DNA of 41,379 bases, taken from Priapulus caudatus. Taxonomy: Eukaryota. A program made the position numbers and the translations under genes. The stretch's first letter is position 1. Each line of letters opens with the position of its first letter. The notes under the pieces were generated by a model. The model had not been told where the DNA came from, did no database searches, and saw only the letters and a list, made by a program, of their open reading frames with translations. Below are positions 13,526-24,157 of the stretch, piece by piece. The DNA is taken from the NCBI RefSeq assembly GCF_000485595.1, contig NW_014577064.1:1208061-1249439 (forward strand), in the 5' to 3' direction.

Positions 13526-14140
13526 ATGTATGTCTGTATGTATGTATGTATGTATGTATGTATGTATGTATGTATGTATGTATGTATGTATGTATGTTAT
13601 ATGTATGGTATGTATGTATGGTATGTATGTATGTATGTATTATGTATGTATGTATGTATGTATGTATGTATGTATGTATGTATGCTATGTTATGTATGTA
13701 TGTCATGTATGTATGCTATAGTATGTATTATGTATGTATGTATGTATGTATGTATGTTGATGTATGTATGTATGTATGTATGTATGTATGTATGTATGTA
13801 TGTATGTACAGTACGTAGCGTACGTACGTACGTACGTACGTACGCTACGTAGCGTATGTATGTATGTATGTAATGTATGTACGTACGGTACGTACGTACT
13901 TACGTACGTACGTAACGTACGTAGTTATGTAGCGTATGTACGTATGCTATGTATGTATTATGTATGTATCGTATGTATGTATGTATGTATGAGTATGTAT
14001 GTATGTATGTATGTATGTATGTATGTATGTATGTATGTATGTATGTATGTATGTATGTATGTTATGTATGCGTATGTATGTATGTATGTATGTATGTATG
14101 TATGTATGTATGTATGTATCTATTTTGTGTATGTATGTAT
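13526..14140 (+). repeat. (TATG)n microsatellite with an internal (TACG)n patch (degenerate copy at about 3230-3920)
   Basis: Directly visible. Confidence 0.97.
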
Positions 14141-14540
14141 CTAGACGCGTACATACAACACACGTCTCTCTATTATGTACTCTTGATATTATCGCACCAT
14201 CCGGCGTCGTTTGTTCAAATTCAATCGGTCATAGTCTTCTTCAGCCCGTTACAATATTACTGCGATTTAACCGCATGTGATAAATTGCTAAAGGGACCGG
14301 GAACTCGATTTCCATGAAAGTCAAAAGTTTAATTCCTCTCATTCTTTTCTCGCGCTCTTTATCTTCTTCTGTCTTCTACTACGTCTGTCTCCCTCCCCCC
14401 CCCCAAGTATCACTGTGACTTCTACGCCCACCCCATGGCAAAATCGGACCTAGTCATATTATTTATACTAATCAAGTAGACAATCGATTCTTGAAAGTTG
14501 AAGTGAACGCCTCACGCGTGCGCACAGTGAGGGACATTAC

Positions 14541-14673
14541 TGACGCAGACGACAAAGTATGCGCAGATCAGCGCTGCGCCGCGCGTGTAGGTGTCTGGTT
14601 ATTGGTCAATGCTTCCAACCGCCGGTCGCATCGTGGACTATATATAGGCACCTGACGGGAGCCGTATCCCTAC
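14541..14673 (+). promoter_or_regulatory. Pol II core promoter (CRE half-site, CCAAT box, TATA box)
   Basis: TGACG at 14541, inverted CCAAT (ATTGG) at 14601-14605, TATATATAG at 14639-14647, and Inr-like taCATTcg with A at 14674. This puts TATA near -31 to -35 and CCAAT near -73. Confidence 0.6.
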
Positions 14674-14746
14674 ATTCGAAGACCTGCACGCTAGAAGAAC
14701 GATCGAACGAAATCGACCCGAGAAGGATTTCCAGCACACGACAAAG
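14674..14746 (+). other. Putative non-coding first exon (5' UTR)
   Basis: Starts at the Inr, contains no ATG, and ends at a strong donor AAG|GTAAGC (GT 14747-14748). Confidence 0.55.
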
Positions 14747-15521
14747 GTAAGCTGACACAACATCTATCTATCTCCACACGAGTCAATCACCCATTGATAT
14801 TGCTATTTGTGCGAGTTTGTCTATGCCTGTGTCTGTGAGTGCTATTGCATGAAGTTCAGTCTATCGGGATTAAAAACGTCAATTAAAGCACTGTGATGCA
14901 ACCAATGTTCTTGGGCTTAAATTAAGCGGGTCTTAACTGAAACATTGAAAAGCGACTACTGAGTTATTGGTATACACGCTAATGTTTCAATCGCGCTTTC
15001 GTTAATATATAGGTGTGTATACATCAGACATTTTATATACATCTTTGATTAAAATGACAAGTGAAATAGTACGTAAGTGTAGTAGAACCGTTTAGACAAA
15101 TCATATCTCAGTGCACGCGCAGCGTTAGGTTTACATTATTTTCCGAAGGATTCTATAGTTATGTTATTAAAATTTAGCAGGGAAATCCAATGAAAGGCGA
15201 TAGTCTCTTATCGGGTTATATACGCCTATTTGTCAATGCGTAGCTGTCGAGACCCCGACGCCGCTCGCATTAACAATTGAAGCTGGTCTATTCTCTGTAT
15301 GATTCGATCTATGTTCGTCTTCGCGCCTCCATTTACGCTTCATTCATTCGGGCGAGGTTTATCATCAGAGAGCGTCTGGCTCGTCATGCGACGTGTGTCT
15401 TTACATCACACCGTCAAATAAGCTCTTGTCGCTTCACGATCTGCCCCCAAAGGAATATATAGATATCGCCGCGAAGCCAAACGATTTTACGAAGAATTGG
15501 TATTCATATCGCATTTCGCAG

Positions 15522-15772
15522 GCATTGTATGCGGCACATCGCGTGTTTGCTGTCCTTGCTATTTCGATTGACGGTCGTTTGGCTTGGCACGTAGTCAAAT
15601 ACAGAAGAAGAGATGAAATTTCTATTACGAAATTCCAATTTCGATCTGATCATTGCACAAGTATATCCAGCGGGCTGCGTGTTGAAGAAATTGAGAGCTC
15701 GGACCAAATCATTGCGTTTGGCCCGTGTTTGGCGCGCGGGTTCATCTGAATTCGTTTTCATCGCTTTAAGCG
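15522..15772 (+). pseudogene. Candidate signal-peptide-bearing coding exon, frameshifted in the assembly (second noisy copy at 5399-5665)
   Basis: Acceptor atttcgcag|, ATG 7 nt later (15529), hydrophobic RVFAVLAIS..TVVWLGT readable across frames, and donor CG|gtaaga. No single intact frame in either copy. Confidence 0.3.
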
Positions 15773-15965
15773 GTAAGAAATTTGGTGGGTTTGCTTAAAT
15801 CGCATATCGGTTCAACCGCGAGAAAACATGAGGATTTGTACTGTCTATCTATCAATGAAATAATTGCTTCTTTCCTGGGTTTATGATTGTTAGACGTAAA
15901 AACGCATTGTCATTTCAACTATGTGTGTACGAATTGTTTCTTTATATCACATAGCATTCGTAAGA

Positions 15966-16014
<49 letters not shown>

Positions 16015-17940
16015 CGCGCGTTACGAATACTAAGGTGGTTCTTGGTTGATGTTTTAACGTATAATTTTATATTACAGGGGCGATAGGCGGCACGACTATT
16101 AATGGAGCTCATCAAGTCAGCAATGTCCGTACTGAAACACATATAAACACACCCGCTTCACAGTACCAATCACATTGACCCGTCTCCTAATTCACGGGCA
16201 AGTCGTACAGAATTTGGTCCAGCCATCGCCATCCTCGCCATCGTCTAATGTCACTGCTGTTGCTGAACGATCGTCACTATCGTCATCGTCATTCCGCGAG
16301 AACCGTCTCCAGAAACCTTTCTTCGGCGTCAGCGGTTATTTCCAGACGCTATACATATTAGTATTGATGTATGGTTAAAACTCGATCGATACATATTCTG
16401 CTCTGCACGATCTAGGCGAGCCGGCAGCGACAACAGCCGCGCGACTGTCATGCCAAAGATCGTGGTTTCATTCCGATAATCGCTCACGTTGCAATTAATG
16501 ATATGCACGATATATGGCGGGTATTGCACGTTGACTCTACTCTCCCGCGTATCCGGTCACCTTGACACTAAGATCACACACGGGCAGCGCACCTTCAGTA
16601 TATAGCAGCAGTAATGCTTTTATAGCGTTAGAAACGATTGACTAAATACTCGTGTTAAAACCACTTTGATGCGAATTGTCTGTGCGATGTTGACGTTTGT
16701 TCGTTAGCATCAGGGAATTAATCTGTCAAAAGCCTATGGCGTATCTGTTACGGACCGTAGCGCTAACGGTAATATATTATTTATTGGAAAATAAAGTCTC
16801 ATAATATCACATAATATGAGAATCATTAATATAATAATATATTTTTGACTACATTACAATAAACAGATTCATATACAAGTGGCCTTGCATTTGTTTCGAT
16901 TTTATGTAAACTTGTCACTTCCTCGAGTTCCATCTCAGTGCACCATCTCATAATTAAAAGCTTACTCAGAACAGCATACCTTAAGATTTTTAGATGAGAT
17001 TAGATTAGTAGGATGTAAACTCGAACAGAAACAAAGATTTACGCCAATGTAAACACGGCAAGATGGCGGAGAGATGGCCAGTAATATCGTGTTCGATGTC
17101 TTGCACTTTAAAGCTTGCACTTTATACCTCAGTAAAGCTTTTCGTTGCCATTCCTGCAAAAAGCGTACCTTCTCTGTAATTATATAACAATCCAACCATT
17201 ATAAATTTTCATTAGGCTTCCTGAATAATTGATGTAACGCGGCAATAATCAGTGACAGGTGATTGACTGCGAGCGATCGCTTCAGCAATGCATAGTTCGG
17301 ATGACACGGGTCACGAGCACCTACGCCTTTGGCGCCTACCGCGGGTTTACATATACGCCCACGCCCAATTCCCTATACGTTACGATGAAAGCCCAAGCCG
17401 TGGATTATTTACCACGGCTCTCTATGTAAAAGCACAGGGACAAACGTTGCTTAGATTTCGGTCGTCGTCAGCTTGCACGGTCAACGTAAATCGCGCGCAC
17501 AGCGCTCACGTGTAGCTGGCGGTAAATGTTAGAAGTAGAACACGGCTGCGTGGCGATGCGCTGGCACGGAGAGGCTTAAATAATTAAACGCGAGCACCTA
17601 TTTTCTTTCCTCTCGTAAGAAGGTATTATTGTCTCTGAATACAGCAGCAACGCGTGCGTGTTTACCTTACTCTAAACCAGCGCCGTATGATTGATGATCG
17701 GAAGCTAAGAGTGAGTAGGCATATTCGTGCTGAAGACGTTGAATGTCGCATAGAAAATCAACAGCTATTATTTTACGAAACAAAAACATTGCTTTTACGC
17801 TTACAACCGTGTCAGGTTGGTGCCCCTGCATTCTACATACCCTAGTATAAATATAGTATTTATTATATATTTTATTAATTATCATAACATATATCATATT
17901 ATATTATATTATATATTATATATATTTAATAATAATAATT

Positions 17941-19388
17941 ATCCTTGTCAGTGGTAACCGCTGTTTGCGTCTCTCTAAAGTTGAGAGTAGCTGTTCAGCC
18001 AAGGGTATATTCCGTACGTCGCTATCTTTTGCAAGTTTAGTAGTCCCGGGTGATTCTGACTTCACACTCTCGTCTGACGAATCACAACGTCTGTTTAAAA
18101 CAAATCATTTCACTCCAACAAAGGATATTTATGGTAAATTTCTAAACGATCCGATGGTGCCCAATTGATATGGGAGAATGTGACAAGTTAGTTATCGGAA
18201 TGGATTTCACATAATCGCTCTAATTACCTATCTGCATGAATACGGAATATCGGTGACTTTGATCTTTCTTTACCGCTAACGGTTACTTATAACAGCAGAT
18301 TTTGTCGATTTGGTTTCGTTTTACTGGTTACTCCCATTCGGGTTCTATAAGGTTTTCGATATATGTTAAATATATATATTTTATATCTATGAGCTTCTCC
18401 TATGAGACATCCACTATTCGCCAGTTGACTGTTGCGTGACTACGACGCACGTTCTCGCCCGACGTGATCACGATGTTCTCAGCAGGTGTTTGCCATTATC
18501 CTTGTCAGTGGTAAACGCTGTTTGCGTCTTTCTAAAGTTGAGAGTAGCTGTTCAGCCAAGGGTATATTCCGTACGTCGCTATCTTTTGCACGTTTAGTAG
18601 TCCCGGATGATTCTGACTCCACACTCTCGTCTGACGAATCACAACGTCTGTTTGAAACAAATCATTTCACTCCAACAAAGGATATTTATGGTAAATTTCG
18701 AAACGATCCGATGGTGCCCAATTGATATGGGAGAATGTGACAAGTTAGTTATCGGAATGGGTTTCACATAATCGCTCTAATTACGTATCTGCATGAATAC
18801 GGAATATCGGTGACTTTGATCTTTTTTATACCGCTAACGGTTACTTATAACAGCAGATTTTGCCGATTTGGTTTCGTTTTACTGGTTACTCCCATTCGGG
18901 TTCTATAAGGTTTTCGATATGTGTTTAATATATATATTTTATATCTATGAGCTTCTCCTATGAGACATCCACTATTCTCCAGTTGACTGCAGCATGAAAT
19001 AATAGTTCTGATGGCGGGTTATCGGTGGTTGTGTAACGTCTTACCAGTGCAGTGCAAAAGCGAGCGCTCTGATATTACTAGACTACTTGTGATCGCGATT
19101 AAGAGATTGACCGGTAATCCTGGCGTAGCTATGGTGACGAGGGATTCTCTAGTAGAGTGGCGTTTCGTGTTCGTTACTACGACGCACGTTCTCGCCCGAC
19201 GTGATCACGATGTTCTCAGCAGGTGTTTGCCATTATCCTTGTCAGTGGTAACCGCTGTTTGCGTCTCTCTAAAGTTGAGAGTAGCTGTTCAGCCAAGGGT
19301 ATATTCCGTACGTCGCTATCTTTTGCAAGTTTAGTAGTCCCGGGTGATTCTGACTCCACACTCTCGTTTGACGAATCACAACGTCTGT
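17941..19388 (+). repeat. Head-to-tail tandem array of a 737-bp unit (first interval 557 bp owing to a 180-bp deletion)
   Basis: ATCCTTGTCAGTGG recurs at 17941, 18498 and 19235, and the intervening sequence is near-identical. Confidence 0.93.
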
Positions 19389-19511
19389 CTGGATGACTCC
19401 ATTACTCTTAAAGTGCTATCTTTGTTAGCGAGCCAATGCGTCGCATTAAGAATCACCTACTAACGCACTGACTCCGGAAGCGCGTGACAGAGTCCGCGTC
19501 CGCTAAACGCT

Positions 19512-19800
19512 GGTGTGAATCCAAACGGAAAACGCGGATTAGGGCGATAGCAGTGTGAATTCACACGGAAAACGCGGATAACGGATATAGGTGAGCAAAC
19601 GACTTCGGAAAACATGCGAGAAAATGCGGATAGCGACAATATGGCAGCAACCCGCTAAGGCAAGCGCGGATAGCGGTTACATGCTGAAAACTCGTCGGAA
19701 AACGCGGATAGCGGTTATACAACGCGTGGCTCGCGGAAGAATTTGTACAGTTATATTCGTCAGTAAAGCAAGTAGGAAAACGCGGATAGCAGCGACAACG
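19512..19800 (+). repeat. Degenerate ~39-40-bp minisatellite with core GGAAAACGCGGATAGCG
   Basis: GCGGAT at 19534, 19574, 19626, 19666, 19704 and 19782. Confidence 0.8.
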
Positions 19801-21807
19801 GTCTTGGCCTGAAGGGAAAACACTGATGCAGCCGCTAATGGCGTATATTTAAATTAAATACGCTGGCTACATAAATCCATCGTTCCGCTTCGATTCCTTT
19901 ATATCAGCAGGTAGTAACAGCCGGTCTCTCACTCACAATAGTTTACGGGAACCCAACAGGCTAGTAATTTTCTCTGAATTATATATATACCTATGTTTAT
20001 TTATTTATAAATGATTTCATACATTAAAATCTTAATATATTACTGCCCCCCCCCCGCTGATTTGTTACGCTGTTATAATTATCTGAGTGAGCGCTCGCAT
20101 TTTATCGTAGCAACGCCCGGGGATGACAACCCGATCTGATATCATGCGTGCGTGACCGTATATCTTATTTGACATTAATATCGCAGTACACAATTGCTGA
20201 TATACTGCGCAAGCCCTCCTAAAATTTATCCGGCATGTGCGTTTGCGAGTACGTGTGAGTGTCGTTCCCCGTGTTACTTGCGTAGCTTCAAAGGTGCATT
20301 TACTACTGGCCATACTGATCGGGCGATCGACGGCTAGAGGCAGTGCAGCATAGTGACTGGCCGACAGATCTGGAGACTTTCCGTCTGTTTGATAGACAGG
20401 CCGACCAACTCGTGCAGTCTTACGAGGTAGAAATTTCCAATTTTGTCGAGCAAAATGCTACGATGATCTAAAAGTGTTATCTTGTATCCCTGTATGAATT
20501 TCACGAGAGCACCCCGCGTGTGGGTGCTCGAGTGGCCACTACTAGTGCACAACAGCGTATGCGCAAGTCTCGCCCAATACCATCATATAGAGTTGGCTAT
20601 GTCGACTATAGAGATGGCTCGCACACTAAGTCACGTTACGTGTAACCACCATCCGTTGGTCGGACGTCATATCGGTCCTATAGCTATCTGCCGAGATGAT
20701 ACCGCTTCCCAAGCCACCTGCCATCTCACATTATCCACTCTTTTCCATCGTTTGCTTTCTCATCTTCGCACTCCTCAAACAAGCGCGATTTAATTGAAAA
20801 TATCCGCAATGCCGACAAGCAGGCTATATAAAGTTCGCGCGCGCGTCTCGCGAGACTATAATATAGACTCTTGGCGACGGAAACGACGCACAGCGTCGCG
20901 CGACGATCTCGCGAACGATATGATTTAAAGGATACGATCTAGCGATACGATCACTCTGGCAGCGACGTCGCGTGCGGCGCGCGGGTCCGCGGCGCCTCTT
21001 TCATTTCGAGCTACCCTTCTAGTCTGACATCAAACAGTCCCGACGGTTGCGCCCACGAGTGAAGTTCATTCGTTAACGTCGTACGGAGTCAGTCTAACCG
21101 CCGTCGAGAACTCGTGGGCGATCGGCTGTGGTCGATGATAATACGTACGACGTCCACCACGTTCCTGCATTCGCGGGCGGTAGGTCGAATCCTCAGCAGC
21201 TAGGCGGGGACGGAGTTTAACGGACTCCCGATGCCGAAATTCTGGCTAAAATTCTAAACTGGCTCGCACAGGCGAACGTCTTTCTACTCTGTCCCGTTAA
21301 CAGAACTACGCACCATATGGATTGCGTGCACATGTTTGATCTGCACTCGAGGCGGGCTGGTCGGGAATTTAGGTCTTATGTACAAATAAAAACGCACCAG
21401 TCCGTCTAAACCTTCCGTTTAAGTGCGATCTGCGCACATATTCGCTGAAATGACTCAGCTTCGTCTAAAGCACTCACAAAATTTCTCATAGGTCTCAACC
21501 GAGTTCAAGTGATGAGGCAACAACAGGGTTATGGCGTTCTCTATGAGCTCAGCAACCGAATGAATATAATCTGAAAGAATATTGTTTATCTATAACGCCG
21601 TGTAGAAGCTTCGCGTTTTGTTAAAATCGCCGCTAGGAGGCGATCGAAAAATGTTGCAGTCGATTGCAGAATTTCATGTCAACTGTCAATGACATCTTCT
21701 AGCTCAGACACAAAGCAAGTAGGGCGAGCGTTGATGGAAGCGTGGTTTTGACCGAATTATTTGCAACATGCATTAATAGGCGCACTGCCGATCGATACAT
21801 TTATATC

Positions 21808-22297
21808 ATCAGGAGTTAATAATGACAAAGGAGTATGACACCTCTTTGGTACTGATTTCACTACATTTTTGTCGTACGAGTTCGATGTGAATAAAAATAC
21901 AAATGTATACAAACATAAGCTTCTTTTGTTCACTGGCCCTTATTCTATCTTCCGGTAGTTTTACAAACCGCGTAGTTTCCTTCGTGTTTCGATCCTTGCC
22001 GTGCCTCATTCGAGTTGCTGTGGTAGCCTGTGTATGCGAATTTACCGCTTGGTCTCGCCACACGACGGTAAATAACGTGAAAACCATGTCGTTCAAAAGT
22101 ATGATTTGTGTCAAAACGAAGGAAGCTACGCGGTTTGTAATACTACCGGAAGATAGAATAAGGACCAGTGAACAAAAGAAGCTCATGTTTGTATACATTT
22201 GTATTTTTATTCACATCGAACTCGTACGACAAAAATGTAGTGAAATCAGTACCAAAGAGGTGTCTTAATTACTCTTTTGTCATTATTAACTCCTGAT
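21808..22297. mobile_element. Non-autonomous foldback/MITE-like element, family A (490 bp)
   Basis: Near-perfect inverted arms at about 21808-21985 and 22116-22297 around a ~130-bp spacer. Termini ATCAGGAGTT...AACTCCTGAT. Mirror-image ORFs on both strands reflect the palindrome. Confidence 0.85.
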
Positions 22298-22515
22298 AGC
22301 ATGCGTAGTAATGTTATACACGTTTATACACGTATATTATACACATGTAATACACTTATTATACCAGGACTGCCTCGTGTTTGAAAACTCACGTTCAGTC
22401 TACGGCGCCATACGCAGTAGACAAACAGTAGAGATCCCCTGTGATTAAATTATCTTAAGGGACGATTAAGTTCGTACAATCGGTTTCGTTCAATTTACTT
22501 GTGGCAGTAACTGAC

Positions 22516-22596
22516 AAAACCAGCCGTCGGCGCGACGCACGCAAAAACAGCCGCCGGCGCGGCGCGTGCAAAACCAGCCACTGGTACGGCGTACAT
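22516..22596 (+). repeat. 27-bp tandem repeat x3 (AAAACCAGCCGYCGGCGCGRCGCRYGC-like)
   Basis: CAGCC at 22521, 22548 and 22575. Confidence 0.8.
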
Positions 22597-22750
22597 GAAT
22601 CAACTCGGGGCTTCCGTCTGTCGTCTTTGACGTCTAAAATTTAAATATAAACACAGAAATATGAAATTCAAATTAAACAACTGACGCTGCGACATTTATT
22701 ATTGATAAACGTGATAAGCTACCGAACAACGAGTATTGTATATCAATATT

Positions 22751-23515
22751 ATCAGAAGTAGATAATAGGGAAGGAATGGGACTTCAATAAACATAGGAAA
22801 TTCGTCATTTACTAGCCTTAGAATACCTACGATTTACTACGCGTAACTCAACCAACTTGAGCTCAAATCGTATACAGTACATTCGCCTTGCATCGTGCAA
22901 AATCGTTTCCTCGTATACACCCACAATCCGGAGATACAGACTAAAACGTACGACACGATTCTCTATTCTGTTGGAAGCAAAACGAATCCATAACCCGCCT
23001 AATTTGAAACAATAGGCAGCTACTAACGACTCTTGCGCACTCTTGTGCCCTCATCGATGCGGTGAGGCTCGCTGGGAGATTGGAGCTGGAGCTGCTGCTG
23101 ATTGCGGTGGGCGTGCGTGCGTGGGGGGGGATACCAGCTGTAAATAGGTCAAAGATTAGCTCGCCGAGTATTGCGTCGATGTCCAATCTTCCAGCAAGCC
23201 ACACCGCATCGCCGAGGGCACAAGAGTGCGCAAGAGTCGTTAGTAGCTGCCTATTGTTTCAAATTAGGCGGGTTATGGATTCGTTTTGCTGCCAACAGAA
23301 TGGAGAATCGTGTCGTACGTTTTAGTCTGTATCTCCGGATTGCGGGTGTATACGAGGAAACGATTTCGCACGATGTTAGACGAATGTACTGTGTACGATT
23401 TGAGCTCAAGTTGGTTGAGTTACGCGTAGTAAATCGTAGGTATTCTAAGCCTAGTAAATGACGAATTTCCCATGTTTATTAAAGTCACACTTCTTCCCTA
23501 TTATCTACTTCTGAT
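22751..23515. mobile_element. Non-autonomous foldback/MITE-like element, family B (765 bp)
   Basis: Inverted arms at about 22751-23084 and 23182-23515 around a ~97-bp spacer. Termini ATCAGAAGTAG...CTACTTCTGAT, flanked by ATT on both sides (possible 3-bp TSD). Confidence 0.88.
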
Positions 23516-24095
23516 ATTATCACAGTTGTCTTCCAATGACCGGCAGTAGCCGTAAAATGGTCGCAATAGCTGTTTATACACGTGAGGAGGCAAGACGCCA
23601 ATATGTTCCTCGAAATTACTGCCATCAATATGTCTGTTTGTTTATGTTCTTCTGTCTGTCCATGTCTATTTATCTATGTCCGTGCAACAGCGCGTTAGTG
23701 ATCCATGTAGGCGGAACAAATAGCTAGTTAACGAGATCTCGGTTACATGGTCACATGACAGGAAACAATCTTACGCGTATGTGCCCGTGTTTGATTCGTG
23801 GGGCGGACAGCAATGGCGCAAATGATCAGCTATAGCTTCAGAGCGACAAAAACAACACACAAAGCGCACATATTTGGACAGCCACACGTTTGATACCAGT
23901 TTATATAATATAAATATAGAAAAATACATCGGTGCTAATTATAGGCTGTAATTTGGGAATATATATCACCTATGTACATTCCCATATTTTAAGAGCTTCT
24001 GACTTCTTACGTTAGCAAAATCCACGTTGTTTGTGTTTATTTCAGCTGTAAAATTTTCGTAACAACATACATTTACAATTTTGCGACAGAATAAC

Positions 24096-24157
<62 letters not shown>

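Larger units (their letters stand above)
13280..16013 (+). repeat. Cleaner copy of the segment also at 2959-5913 and (partly) 1-368
   Basis: Direct sequence comparison. Starts right after the N-gap at 13270-13279. Confidence 0.92.

Noticed and set aside
13463..14317. MYVC-repeat ORFs (also 3219-3952)
   Set aside because: Translations of (TATG)n.
18625..18672. CTGACGA...GAAAC hammerhead-like core in the 737-bp unit
   Set aside because: Stems II and III cannot be formed, and GAAA is not conserved in the other copies.
19512..19800. CRISPR-like repeat-spacer appearance
   Set aside because: Eukaryotic context, no cas genes, short degenerate repeats, and some spacers homologous to each other.
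21809..22268. Paired 129-aa and 121-aa ORFs on opposite strands
   Set aside because: Artefact of the inverted repeat, with no transposase motifs.
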